64,000 nt of DNA from Trichosphaerium sp. ATCC 40318 (taxonomy: Eukaryota; Protista; Tubulinea): assembly GCA_038496445.1 (NCBI GenBank), contig JALMLS010000015.1, forward strand, positions 727,303 through 791,302, in the 5' to 3' direction. The stretch's first letter is position 1. Each line of letters begins with the position of its first letter. Shown in pieces: positions 35,728-48,799 of this stretch. A model generated the notes under the pieces. It was not told where the DNA came from, ran no database searches, and saw only the letters and a list, made by a program, of their open reading frames with translations. The position numbers were made by a program, and so were the translations under genes.

Positions 35728-36243
35728 GATTATTATTTTACAAGATTTTATTTAGATTACATACCCGCTGAGAAGCTTGGTGGATGTACAATACTACCGC
35801 TTATACAAGCAGTGTAATAGTTCAAAAGGTAATAATAATAACCATCTATTATTTTTTGTTGTGCCCGGTGGTTTTTTTTGGTGTACTCCATTGTTTTTTG
35901 AAGATGTGTTGTTGTTTATTGTTGTAATTTGAAATATATGATTAATTTAGCAGATTGATTTTTGATTGATTTTCCAAAACAAGCCAAAAAACACTTTGAA
36001 TAGTGTTGATTGAGTAAACGTGTCCACCCTAGAAGAAACTCAGTCGCCAATGTTCTACAATGGCAGCAATGAAATAATACTTTTGTGAGTTATGAGAACA
36101 GGACGCCGAAAGTTGTTTTCAATCAAAGATTGACTGTGAGAATCAATCTGTTAGACAACAGTTTAACCGCTATTTGAGTTCTTTTAGTGCGAGACCTAAG
36201 GCAGATGTGTTGTCTCATTTTTCAAATAAAACCGTAGTAAACA

Positions 36244-36873
36244 ATGGCTAGACTATACTATGAGCAAGGAACGCCTATTGATGAATTTTGTAAAGCAAAC
36301 AAACCAACAGGCACAACTGGAAACGTTTTACATGCGCATTGGATTCAAGTACATTCGCCAGTATTTTCCTGGGCGTCCATTAACTCTGAAATGATACACC
36401 AGCACACAGATTTGTTCAAACTTAATATGAAGGATATACGAGCGTTTAGAACCCGACTGGATACTCTAGCACGTAAAAGTAACTGCCGTGTCGGCAAATG
36501 GATGCTAAAAATCAACGAAAGCCAAGTAAACAAGTGCTGGACGATTATTGCCTCAGCTGTTGCTACAGGCAAGCTTGGCAGTAATATTTCAACGAAAGTA
36601 TCAACTACAAAAGGTAATAAAGCCATGAAAGAACAAGAGTATACGATATGCGTCTACACACCTGATTACTTTGATAAAAGACATGTGTTCTATGTGCGAG
36701 AACAATTACGAGGGCTTGGCGTTGACGAGATGTGCTGTGAGACAATTTACTACAAACCAGACTTGTTCACCATTCTACAAGCCTTTGAACCGTCTGATCC
36801 TAAAGGAACTACGTTTATCTATATTGATGGTGACGGTAACTCTGGATCAATGTGGTATTGCACGTGCTTGTAA
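36244..36873 (+). CDS. BLES03/C11orf68 (UPF0696, eIF4E-like fold) family protein
   Basis: GKWML, W..IA.AV..GKLG, KVST, ICVYTPDYFD...V..VREQLR.LG, YKPDLFT. Confidence 0.85.
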   Translation: MARLYYEQGTPIDEFCKANKPTGTTGNVLHAHWIQVHSPVFSWASINSEMIHQHTDLFKLNMKDIRAFRTRLDTLARKSNCRVGKWMLKINESQVNKCWTIIASAVATGKLGSNISTKVSTTKGNKAMKEQEYTICVYTPDYFDKRHVFYVREQLRGLGVDEMCCETIYYKPDLFTILQAFEPSDPKGTTFIYIDGDGNSGSMWYCTCL

Positions 36874-36977
36874 TTTGTTAAAGTTACCATAAAAGGAAAT
36901 TCCCGATAGTAAAATTAAGTCAAACAGCGTTGTTAAGGAAAGACCTTTAAAAATTCACTCAGCTAACAAAGCATAAA

Positions 36978-37891
36978 ATGTCAGATCTTACAGCAGAGGA
37001 GAAAGCACAACGCGAAGAGGCACGCATTCTTGGTTCTTTTAATCGCGCAAGGAAACGACAACAAGGGTACATTTTCTATTACTAATAGCTAGCGCACTAA
37101 ACCATGTTAGCCAAGTTAGTGCACCTACTACAAAAACTGGTGAAACTACACAAACGAGCGATAAACCGAAATTCGACTGGCGTGCTCAACAGGCGCGTAA
37201 AGAACGCGAATTAAAGGAAAGAGAAGAAGCAAGACGAAAGGAGAAAGAAGCGAAACTCGCCTCATTACCGGCAATTTCCACTGAATCAGCGCAACAAGGC
37301 ATGGACGGAGAAGAATTTGATATGCAGAGCGCAGTTGTTGAAATCAAGACGTTCGATTACCCAGAGGCTCAACCTGAGGAAGAACCTGATATAGTAGTTG
37401 TACGCTAGGCATTTTTAAATTCTCAACAACAAAACTGCAAATTATGTGTTATCTTCCGTGAAGCTAACTTACTCAATGTAGGCTAGCGAGGTATTTGGCG
37501 ACGTAAACACCGCTGAACAAGAGCAAGGCAGGCTCAACAAACATATTTACGGCCAAAAGGAAGCTCCTCCTCCAAAACCAGCACCAGCAAAGCCAGAACC
37601 TTCTCAAGAAGAGAAAGACGTAGCTGAGCGTATGCAACGAAAAGTACGTTATGATTTTAAGCAGTTTTCAACAAAGTGTAACAAACTGACATATTCTTTA
37701 GATACAAGAGCGTTTAAATAAATGGCAACAAACACAAAAGGAAAAGCCTGAACCAGAGCCTAAACCAGCATCAAACCAAAATGACACACAACTTTTTAAG
37801 TACGTCTCCACCCTTTTCGTACAAACGGTATTGATTGCGTAATAGGAAACAAGCAGCGGCTAGTAGACTCACAAACTTATTGGGTATCTAA
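36978..37891 (+). CDS. Charged coiled-coil/Pro-rich hypothetical protein, 5 exons
   Basis: In frame from MSDLTAEEKAQREEARILG via ERELKEREEARRKEKE to KQAAASRLTNLLGI* with GTAC-type donors. Confidence 0.75.
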
Positions 37892-38039
37892 TTGAAAACC
37901 AACGTAACCAAACCAAACAACGCCATCACCTGGGTTGTTTTCTAGTTCCAATGTACAATAAAAACGCAAAATGAACTATTATTGTTGACTTGTAAAAAAA
38001 TACCCAAAACTATTATTATTTCACGTGTAGCACAACACT

Positions 38040-39736
38040 ATGGCTTTTAAAAAATTCAAGCATGGCCTCAGTAAGGCAAAGGACGCAGTACGTTGATGTT
38101 ATACCCATAATTACTGAGTTTGAGAAGACTGTACACGCATTCCACAGAGGGCCTCAAGGAAAAGACGAGGAGTTCAACATACAATACCGGTTGTATAAGA
38201 ACCATTATGAAGCGCTCAAAAAATTAGACAAGCACATAACTGCCTATTCGTCTGCAGTTCAACGTATGATAACAACACAAACCTATCTAATGTAAATAAG
38301 ACATGCTTGACGCCCAAAAGCAAATTGCGGAAGATCTAAACGCGATGTTTGCTGAAGACCCAGAACAGATACACATACGCCAATTCGTCTCCCAATATTT
38401 TGAGGCGACCAGTGCAATGTCGGATGCCAAGAGAGACGTCCTTGTACGTCCGGACTATCTTTAACGTACAACAATTGACGTTTATAGGATGAAACGAATA
38501 AGACTGAAATACAGGACCCAATCAACCACTACCTGATGCAATTTCGAGAAATTGGTGTACGTCGCATAAAACCGCTAGCAAGTACCTGATTCATACTTGC
38601 AGGATCGTTGTAAGGAGCGTAACAAGCGTTATATGGATAAGCATAAGCTAGAGAACGACCTCGCAAAATACCGTGCAAAGGGTGACCCTAGAATTGCTGG
38701 TGTAAGCCACTTGCCCGCATCAAGAATTCAAGTGGATTTACAGATTTTTTTTTTAGACTGAGCGTAAACTTGAAGGCGTGGCTCAATCCTACGAAGACGT
38801 TAACCAAGAGATCATTAAAGATATCCCAATACTTTACAACGATCGTGGGGTCTTTTTGGAACCTGTTTTAGCTTTGGTGCGTACAACTAGACTGTGTATA
38901 CATGAGTAACATGACGTCATCTCATTTTATAACCATGTTTCTCATTGATTTGTTTGATCTTTTTTCTTTTGATTTCTAGAGCTGACAGGTGTACATAGTT
39001 CGTTGATGGTCAAGTAGAATTCTCAAAAGGTAAGACAATCAGTATAATTTGATATTGAAAAAAAAAAGTTCGCGAATATTTACGTTTCTTTAGTATTGCA
39101 AGAACATATGCTTCGACTCCAACAAGCTTGTTCATCAATAGATAAGCAACGTATTCATAGTCACCCGCCTGTTATTACCCCAAGAGAGAACAGTGCGGTT
39201 ACAAAAGTGTACACGACTGGACCAGGACAAGTGGACGATAATCCATTCGCAAATCAATCCGTTGCTCTACCTACTCATGGTACTGACCAACCTGCTGGAA
39301 GTCCGTACTCTAGAGCTGCACCTACTCCTCAACCACAAGGTGGTGGAAATCCTTACTCGAGAGCATCACCTGTTCCAACACCACAAGCAACTTACGGTGC
39401 ACCTGCTCCTCAACCGGGTTACTCAGCTCCAGCTCCTCAGCCGCAGGGCACAGGCAATCCCTATGGACGTGCAGTACCACCGCCGCGCAACGCTGGGCCA
39501 CCTCCACGGAGTGCAGGTGCGCTTTTTTTTTTCTTCCGAATTTGTTTTTTGTTTACTTTATCGTAGGCTTGGGTACAGCCACTGCGTTATGGGATTTTGC
39601 TGGCGTAGACGCAACCGAGCTATCATTCAAAGCCGGTGACAAAATTACAGTGCTGGAGAAGATGGGTCCAGAGTGGTGGCGTGGAGAATTGCGCGGTGCG
39701 CAAGGTCTCTTCCCAGCGAACTACGTTAAAATGTAG
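38040..39736 (+). CDS. BAR-domain + Pro-rich + SH3 protein (amphiphysin/Rvs167-like)
   Basis: Amphipathic MAFKKFKHGLSKAKD, KDEEFNIQY, YEDVNQEIIKDIPILYNDR, and C-terminal SH3 ALWDF..ELSFKAGDKI..WWRGELRGAQGLFPANYV. Confidence 0.9.
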
Positions 39737-39832
39737 AAGATTGTTATTTGAGTGTAAAAAAAATATATCGGTTTTTACCACTTTTGACTTCTGTTGCCCT
39801 GCTAGCTCAGCAATTATCAACTTGTAAACAGC

Positions 39833-40362
39833 ATGATTCGCCCTGTTATTAACGCTCTCAATAGAGCGGGTCACCAACTCACAAACGAAGCCAGGCAATA
39901 CGCAGGCGCAAAATACGGCTCCAAAGAGTTTGGTCTTTACCACATGCACTTATTTGAGGGCTCCAACCTCAGAGCAGTGGCCGACACAGTAAAATCAATG
40001 CGCAATGGTTGGCACAAAATCTTCACCCTAAACCTTACCAAGGGTGAATTCTACCTTGGCATACCTGGTGCTCTCTGTTTTACTTGGATGGGTATGATGT
40101 ACGGCTCTGCTTTGGGTGGAAGACACTTGAGAGGCTACTTAGGTACGTAATTAGCGCTAAAATAATTTAATAACGAGGTATTACAGATATTCCTGCCCAC
40201 TGGGTCACAGATAAGGAAGAATACGAGTTATGGGGTCCTCAATTGCTCCACTCCTTTCAATTTCGTCAACCGTACGCAGACGTAAACAGAGCGAGATTAA
40301 ACGACCACACTGAATACGCTGGCGCTGAAACCGCTCCAGTAGAAGCCCATGGCCACCACTAG
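39833..40362 (+). CDS. Mitochondrial membrane protein, probably ATP synthase subunit g-like
   Basis: NLTKGE + hydrophobic helix + GSALGGRHLRGY resembles the subunit g GExIG(K)R.IIGY motif. The second exon ends AHGHH*. Confidence 0.5.
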
Positions 40363-41012
40363 ACTTGTTTATCAACCTCTCAGACATTATGAACTTGATA
40401 TTCACTTTCATAAGTGTGTAGAACCGACTGTCCTTTAAAAAAAAAATTTTACTCACTACCACAATAATATCACGCGTAAGCGTTACCTTTGACGTTAAAA
40501 AGTCGTTCACTATTTTTTTTTTCTTTCAAACAATGCGCTTTTGCTTATTTCTTTTACTGACTTCACCACACGCTTTGTAAGAGACAAGGTAATCGATATG
40601 ATGCCCCAGAACACTAGAAGGACAAGAACTGCTTGCGTTTCAGATAGAGTTTTGAATTTGAAAAAAAAAACGCTGCGCAAGATAATTCTCTCGTATTTTT
40701 GTATGTACAAAGATTGCTTGGGCAGTGGTGTGTTGCATATATGAAGCGGTTGTGTCTTCATGTAGTGTGAATGTTTTTGGGTCAACAATCGGTTAAAGTG
40801 TTGACATGTACCGGAGCTTAATGCTGACGCGTTGCATTGCCTTTCTGAGTCATGTCAGTGGCGCCTGTCGACAAGACTGTGAGATAATGAATTCACTTAA
40901 TTTGTTAAGTCAGTACCGAGTGCAACTAGCTACTGCGCTTGAGTTCTGCTGAGATTTTACTACCAGCGATAAACGCGTTTAATAATACCAATCAGACCGC
41001 TATTTATTTACA

Positions 41013-42553
41013 ATGGAGCCCGCTCCAAAACAGAAGGTACAATTGCGATTTTAAAGCGCAAAGCGTACTAAATAACGTATAAAATAGATGAATACCTCTG
41101 TAGCGAGTAAGTGCCATATTTTAGACATTCCTTTGGAGTTACAACATTACATTATCGACTTGGATGTACAACGCGACCTGTTTATTGGATGGCCTTATTT
41201 ATCTAAACGTGCAGCAATAAACTCAATGAGATACGACGATGAACTGAACAAACACGGTAAATGGTTAGAATTTCGATATGAACAGGTGCGTAAGGGTGTT
41301 CCTATAAAGTTATACGTAGTAAAACAAACGTATTGGAGTCATGGTAAACTAAATGGAGAGATGAAAACGTGGTATGAGGGTGGGCTAGTGTTAAAGTCAT
41401 CATATAGTTATGTTAATGACAAAAAAGAAGGAGAATACAAGAAGTGGTCTAATAATGGGCAATTATGTGAGCGTTGCAATTACATTGATGATAAAAGAAA
41501 TGGAGAGTGTACTACATGGTATGACAATGGCCAATTGTATGTTATGTGTAATTATGTCAATGGTATACTAGAAGGAGAGTACAAGAGATGGTATTGTGGC
41601 TTGTTACAGAACAATGGATTAAAACTAGGAGAGACTCACAATGAACAACAATTGTGTGTACTAAGCCATTATTGTAACGGGAAACTACATGGCGAGCGCA
41701 AAGTCTGGTATTCGAATGGTGACCTGAAAAACAAATGTCTTTATAACCATGGCAATGGAGAAGGAGAATATAAGCAATGGCATATTGGAGGCCAAATAGA
41801 AAAGCAGTTTAACTACTTAGATGGTGAACCACATGGACAAATAAAGCTGTGGTACCAAGACGGATCTTTGTGTGAGCTAAGCACATGCATTAATGGTAAG
41901 CGTGAAGGAGAGTACAAGAGATGGACATGGATGGTTCACTAGAGGAGAAATGCAATTTTATTCGTGGTGTAAGAAATGGAGAGTACAAGATGTGGATAGG
42001 TGGTGTACTATCACACCAATGCATTTACATCAACGATGCATTGGATGGAGTGAAGAAGACATGGGAAAATGGAGTGCTGAAGAAAGAATGTAATTATGTT
42101 AAGGGTGAACGAGATGGAGTATATAAGTGCTGGTCTGAGAATAATAAAAGGGAAGAGATAAGTTATGTCAAAGGGAAACGTGAAGGAGAGCATAAAAAGT
42201 GGTCAAAAGACAATCTGTACTTTTATTGCAATTATGTTAATGACAAACTTGATGGAGAATATAAGCAATGGTATGGTAAAGTATTACATGAGCATTCTCA
42301 TTACGCTAATGGTAAACTACATGGAGAGTACAAGAAGTGGGGATTCAATGGTAAATTAAAAGTCCATTGCCATTATTCAGAAGGTGAATGGAATGGAGAG
42401 TACAAAGAGTGGCATGATGATGGCGAACTGTATATTCATTGTCATAAAATCAATGGTGACAATGAAGGAGAGTATAGAATGTGGAGAAATGGTAAATTGT
42501 GTATGCACTGTTGTTATAAAAATGGGGAAGTACAAGCAATCCATAATTGCTAA
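41013..42553 (+). CDS. Basic exon + F-box-like + long MORN-variant repeat protein, frameshifted near 41925
   Basis: MEPAPKQK|MNTSVASKCHILDIPLELQHYIIDLD..WPYLSK..RYDDELNKHGKW, then many GEYKxWxxNGxL repeats across ORFs 41088-41942 and 41921-42553. Confidence 0.85.
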
Positions 42554-42843
42554 AGGAAGCTTTTGGATAAAGAACGCAGGTTTTATATTCTTGAAATATT
42601 ACAGCATGTGCTATCTAATTTATGATTGTGAATCTATTAGCTACGTATAATAAGCAATTGCAAATACTAAAACAGTCGTATGTAATTCCGGATTTGTGAA
42701 AGAAAGACCTGTTGTAATACCTTTGATTCGAGGAAACAAACCAAATAAACTGTGTTGACTATACCTGACACTGTGAACACTGGCAAAAAACCCAGGTTTG
42801 TTTTCTTCAGATTTACAATGAGCCTGAGTTTATTGTTCGTACA

Positions 42844-43219
42844 ATGTGGAGACAGTATGCTGGTTGGTTTGATCAAATAACAAATCGCCTTCACTCTGTC
42901 CCTATGAATAAAATAGGTAATGCAGTCTCAAGTATAGCTGGGTGCCCAAAGACAGTAGCCGACAAAGCATTGACTGAGAATAAAGACGGAAATACAGGCG
43001 TTGCAAGGATATTGGTACCCATCACTAAAAAAACAGAACTAGTTGTTTCTAAATAGATTTAGGTTGATTACGCGATTGCTGCAGGGCCTGAAGAGAAGAG
43101 TATATTGCTTGCTAGAGAAGATATACCAAGACAGTGTTGAAAAAGCAACAAGCCTTATGTCAAAGGGCATTTACCAAGCTGTTGTGAACGATATGAAAAC
43201 ACAGCTTTCAAAGCTTTAG
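42844..43219 (+). CDS. Small helical hypothetical protein; apparent 4-bp duplication (TTGCTTGC) frameshift in exon 2
   Basis: Exon 1 ORF, GT-AG intron, then exon 2 reads on as LLEKIYQDSVEKATSLMSKG..LSKL* if the duplication is removed. Confidence 0.45.
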
Positions 43220-43803
43220 CTGAACAACAAATGTGTAATTAAAAATCAATTGTAAAGGACATTGTGCTTGAATAAATATACCTTCAATGTTAAACAACGC
43301 CGTCAGTAGTTTTATTTTCAAAAAAATAAGCCAAACGAGGTATCTAATCACATTTAATTGATCATTTTTTGATGTCACAACTTCAGTACAGTCAATGATT
43401 TAAGAAAGACTTCAAATTTTCAGAGCACCAATACAGCCATTTAAGCCTTGCAGGTGACCAACTATATTGAATCGTTTGCACTCATACTACTCCGCATCTT
43501 TGCTGGCACTGTCTAAACCACTATAGCCATGCGATGCCAACGCGCTACGATAAATTTTGCGCTCTTGTTTGGCATATGGCTCCGATGCGTACAAAGACTG
43601 TGATATAGATGTATTTTGGCGACTTCTGAAACCCTAGTGGTCAGCGTGACGGGTGAGAAAGAGCGTGGCAGTTTTTTTAGCTCAAAATGGTCTTATTTCA
43701 CGTGTACTCGAGACAACGCGGTCTCGTTCTCAAATTACTCGTGAATACGTTTGTATCGACTTGCAAACATAATCTTTCAACACCAAAGACCAAAACAACA
43801 ACA

Positions 43804-44471
43804 ATGACGCAACAACTTGTAATCGAAACACTTCTAGTAGTAATCTGTATTCTTGCATGTGCGCATGGATCCGAGCAAGGATTCAGCACTTCACGTCCAT
43901 CTAGACCTGTGTGTGAAGGTGATACTATCGCTCACGAGATCTACACAGTGTCAAGAACTGGCGGAAATGGCAATGGTATCTCCGATACTATAGTGTACAA
44001 CATGGGATTCTACAATGACCCAAGGATCATTGGACGTCTTACTTTTGGTGACGCTAGTGCAGACTGTTCTTCATCCACAACTGATGTCTGTTGCAATGCT
44101 GAACAATCTATTTGCCTCAGACCCGTATGTAACTTATATAATTCTTGATGGGCTGACTCGCTTTTCAATAGCATGCCTCTGCACCTTATCTCGCCTTTGC
44201 CATTCCAACGAACACTACAACATGTACTGTTTACCATTACGAAACAGATTCATTCACAAGCACTCGTGGATTATTGTTTGCAACTGATGACGGTGTATGT
44301 CTTTTTTTTTTTTTTTTGACATTGCAGTTTGTAACCTCTCTTTAGAATACTGGATGTAACGTTAACGGTGGATGGCCCTGCTTCATGATTGGTAGTTCAG
44401 ATATCCAACCAATACCTATGGGCACTTACAGTAACTACGTCATAGACTGCATCAAACCGTGTTCTTCATAG
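43804..44471 (+). CDS. Secreted Cys-rich protein, 3 exons
   Basis: Signal peptide MTQQLVIETLLVVICILACAHG, multiple Cys, two GTATGT-AG introns in frame, ends VIDCIKPCSS*. Confidence 0.75.
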
Positions 44472-44673
44472 ACAAATAAATGCCAAACTCATGGTTCCCT
44501 AAGTTCTGACTGTATGTATTCTTTCAAAAAAATGTCATTGTCACATCACCTGTTGGTGTTACTTTTTGTTTCTGGTTCAGTAGTATCTATTAATGCACAA
44601 CGATTGAAGGCAAGTTAATTTCTTTTATTATTGGTTTCTGTTTCCTTAAACTGGTGAACTGGTAAATGACTGT

Positions 44674-45190
44674 CTATTCTTCAACCTTTTTGCCATTTTT
44701 ATAAGTACATTGCACTTCTAGTTCACCGTTATAATACCAACACTTATACTCTCCATGCCGCTCGTCGTTTAAGTACAAACAATGCTCATTTAATGATCCG
44801 TCTTCGTACCACCTTACTTTACTTTTATTTGTCTACGCGCCGGGACTGACCCATTCTTATGCAAGCCTACATTGGCGCTCACTAATTTGGATTGTTTTCG
44901 TCTTCTTCGAAAAAACAGTCTAAGAATAAATAGATAACATTGTCTATTACTGTTATTGGTGTTTTAGGCATCCTGTAAACAACATGTCACAGCTTCAGGA
45001 ATATGTTTTTCGTTCAACTTGTTCCACTTTCCCCTTTTGGCTAAGTACCATGTGATTTTTAATTCGCATTGTTTTGGCGTGCTGTGTAATTAATAGCAAT
45101 TATCATAAGCTGTTAATGTAGCATCCTGAGGGTTACATAGAGGCTAATTTAACGGAATATTGGAGAACTCTAATTGAAGTGTTTATCTTT
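44674..45190 (-). pseudogene. Decayed MORN-variant repeat gene
   Basis: 44674-44815 encodes RWYEDGSLNEHCLYLNDERHGEYKCWYYNGELEVQCTYKNGKKVEE*. Upstream there are only weak traces of the F-box-like head. Confidence 0.6.
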
Positions 45191-45289
45191 GCTGTAAAAT
45201 TAGAATAAAATAAGAAAAACTGTATAATCCAGATTGTGCACAGCTACAATGCTTGTAATCCAGGTTCAATAATGGCCGATGTGCTAGTT

Positions 45290-46053
45290 TAAAGGTTATG
45301 CACTATTTCCGAGCCCATTGACATGCAAACGCTCAAACGCGAAACAAAGGCGATTGTTTCACGAATACACGCTAACCCCTTTTCGTATACTCCTACTCAT
45401 GTCTAGCACGGGCATACTTTAATTGGGGACTGTTCACGTGGCCTATTATTGACTAACCCTGAATGATTGTTTCTCAGTTCCAAATGATTTTGACGTACCA
45501 CATCCTATCAATCTTATAATAAGACCAGTTGCATTCAAATTGTAGTACTCTTCAATAACATCTACATCCCATACTAGTTTCTTATCAAGCACACATACAA
45601 AGCTAAACATTAGTTGAGTACTATAATAGTATTGTAAGGAATCTTAAAAGGTCATACTTTCCAGATATATTTTTTGAAGTTGATGCAACAATATTCACGT
45701 GTTTAAAAGGTTGATGATATCTGGTGATACATATATTGAACTTTGATCGCTTTAATATACTACAGTAAAGGCATTAGCGCTATTTGTTGATAAATCAGTA
45801 AGATCGGAGTGAATTCCTATCTTAGAAACTCAAAAAGCCCTTGTCGTTTAGCGTTACTACGCCAACAAGTCGTTTTCGTACCGTAGATTCTCCGTTTCTA
45901 TCAATAACATCCATACAGCTTATGATTGGTAAACAGCATACGAGGGCTACTACATCACGTTAGTAATAGCGTACGAGGAGTTAAGTAAATTATTGACGTA
46001 CCTAAACACGCAGCGCACCTGTTATTACACCAATGATCTTCTGAAGAAGGCAT
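45290..46053 (-). other. Probable multi-exon gene or pseudogene, product unknown
   Basis: ATG plus several GTACGT/GTATGA donors and exon-like frames (FVCVLDKKLVWDVDVIEEYYNLNATGLIIRLIGC). I could not close a clean model. Confidence 0.3.
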
Positions 46054-46160
46054 GTATGCTGTGGTACCAAAGAAGCGTGTTGTAAGTATGGGAAGAAAAC
46101 CAAAAAGTTAAGGTGACTTGCCAGAAAAGTAGAAAACGGTTTAGGAACTTTTAACGTACA

Positions 46161-47135
46161 ATGTCAGAGAATAATAATGTAGAGGCACTGAAAGCTTTTA
46201 AGAAGCATACCGATGCTCTTGTGAATACAATAACAGAGATTGGCGCTATAAAGAGACGTTTGTACAACGTGCGGTTTGATGAAGATGTAGAGACGCGCGT
46301 TACAACACGTACAATAAACGTACGCAACTACAAGTGTTTTTAAATAGATTCTATTGTTGGTGACTGTACAATAGAACCTTGTACAAGAGTTAAAGCGTCT
46401 TGAAGACGAATTCGATATATTAAGGGCAAAAGGAACGAAGGACTTGGAAAATGCTCTAGATCTTCCTGGATTAGGCTTCGATAAGCGCCATCTGACTGCT
46501 AGCGACAAGGGAAAACGTACGCGAATGTTATAGATAGTTTTAATGAAATTTCACTCTGACTTGCTGCCAGTTGCAGTTTCTGGCACCATAAAGATACCAA
46601 AAACAAGCGAGGGTACGTAGTTTATTGTACTAAACGAACTCTGTCGTATTCTGAACTAATATACTTTCATGTACAACTAACAAGCCACTATTGTAGGCGT
46701 AATTGCACTAGATAAAGAATTCAGTCCTAGGCTATTCCGTACTGAATCTACAGAGAAATTAAGCGGTAAAACACCTGCAAACAAGTGGTTGTCACTGTTT
46801 AAAATGTTCAAAGAGTGGAAGAAAGAAACATTATTTGCAAGAGCAGAAGTCATTCTGTACGAGAATTTCAACCAAAAAATAGTCATGACATGTCAATCTA
46901 CAATCTTTAAAACTGATTTACAAACAACTTAATCAATACTAGAGGTGAAGATATCTATGATCTACATAATATACAAAAGATAAGTGATCGTATACTGACA
47001 TTACGTCAAGCTATAATCACATTAAAACGTAGAGCAACAGTAACAAAATCTGAAAAACAATTACTTTTCAGACTACAAAAAAAGCTCAAAGAGATTCGTC
47101 AAAGAAAAATAGATCTAAAAAAAAGCAATGACTGA
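46161..47135 (+). CDS. Coiled-coil hypothetical protein, 5 exons
   Basis: Runs from MSENNNVEALKAF via NLVQELKRLEDEF to LQKKLKEIRQRKIDLKKSND* with canonical introns. Confidence 0.7.
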
Positions 47136-47536
47136 CATTGAAAAAAAAGAAGATCAACGAACAAAACCTGTAAACACCAAAGCAAAAACTCGAACACACT
47201 AGTGTGCCTGACTGTACAACAACAAAAAATATCAAAAGAAGTATGTCTAACTTCAGTTAATGCATTCTTTTTTTTTTTTCTACTATGTCACAAAACGACA
47301 TTTCTTGTTTATCTTGAACCAACCAAAGCGATAATTTAGGATAATTTTTTTTGTATTTTTGGTGTTTTTTCGCATTTTTTTTTCTTTTTTTTCATTTTTT
47401 TTGGTCCTAGTTTCAGTTTCTGTTACGGTGTCATCGCATGTAACTGGAACAACCGTTGATGTTTGTGACTGGGGTACTTATGTACATATACGATATTTAC
47501 AGCGAGAGCTAAGAGGAGCGACAAAAAAAAAATAAT

Positions 47537-48492
47537 TTATGACGTGTCCATGGCAAACATTTCATCGTCTAATTAAAAGATTAAAACAATTAACGGGCCT
47601 TGTTTTCAAAGCAAACAAAAAAAAAAAATGACAAAAAAAATTGAGTCAACCAAAGCGGTCCTAACGCTCATCTTTTCTGCGTTTTAATATAATGAATAGA
47701 TAACGTACCACCAGGGATATCTTTAGGTGCGACTTTAGCCTTGTCCTGCAAAAAAAAACATTATTACAGCGTTTGGTATTTTTTTAATTACTACAGTAGG
47801 CGCAGTACAAATTGATAACACGAATGTGGAATTTGTAGCCAACTTTCGACTGAAAAAAAAAAAAAATTGCTTAAACGCCTTCGATTTTACGTAAAAAACA
47901 GTTCTTTAGCATGTAGCTATTTGTGGCGAGCAAAATCGCACAACAAGTTTTCAAATCAAGTTAGTTCGTTCCAATTTAATTGTACTTGCCTCTGCATCTT
48001 CTTCCTGAGGGGTGAAATCTCGCTTTTGTTCAACGTCACAAGTCACACCAGGAATCTGTGGCAGATTAACTGGTGGGGTTCTTGACAGTGGAGAAGCTGC
48101 CAAGCGGAGCAGACGATTTCTGTCGTATACAATTCTAGTACCTACGTGGCTTGTTAGCGCATTAAAGCCACATAAAATCCAAAACATTACAAAAATTGTT
48201 TTAAATGCAAAAAATAGAAAAATAATAGCTTAGGTAGTGTCACAGTTAAAAAAAATGGCGGTTAGAGCCTGTTTTTGGCCTTTCGTTAAGAATCCCAACG
48301 AAGAGCTTCTTTTTTAATAGTAGCGAGATGGCTTTGTGCGCTTGCGATACCTCCAGGAGTGAAAGCGAAGAGGGTTCCACCAGGCGTTTGTGAAACCTCG
48401 TTTGGGCGCCAGCCGTCAGATTCCCGAGCTGGTATCTGTATTGACTGACCCGTGCTCCTACCAGCAATTTGTATAGATGTGGTTGTTGACAT
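47537..48492 (-). CDS. EIF4EBP: eIF4E-binding protein (4E-BP)
   Basis: [26 protein letters not shown] (YxxxxLphi motif), SPLSRTPP, C-terminal TOS-like FAMDTS*. Intron 2 is GC-AG. Confidence 0.93.
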
Positions 48493-48799
48493 GCTGAAGC
48501 GTTGAGAGTTTTAGCAATTCAAAGTTGAACTTAAAACCAAAAAAAAAAACCAAACTTAAGCAGCCTCATACGCATCGTTTTTGGGTATTTGAGTGCTATG
48601 TGAATCCTTTTGGGAGTTAATAAAGGGATTCTAACTTGATTTATAAGCACTTACCAAAACAAGCTAGTAATTCTTTCAATAATTGCGTAGACTTGTTAAT
48701 AGTGTGAGAGTGTGATTTATGTACAAGACACCAACATACTGGCGTCGTATTTACAACGGAAAAAAGAAATTGACGGTTTTTTTTAAAGATATCTCTTCT

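Noticed and set aside
43400-43680. Possible Pol III ncRNA or telomerase RNA (AAACCCTAG, terminal T-run)
   Set aside because: No recognisable A/B boxes, template repeat or conserved structure could be supported by eye.
45780-45830. Possible GG-AG intron (GGAATT donor) in the 45.3-46.05 kb locus
   Set aside because: It depends on an unverified gene model with no homology anchor.
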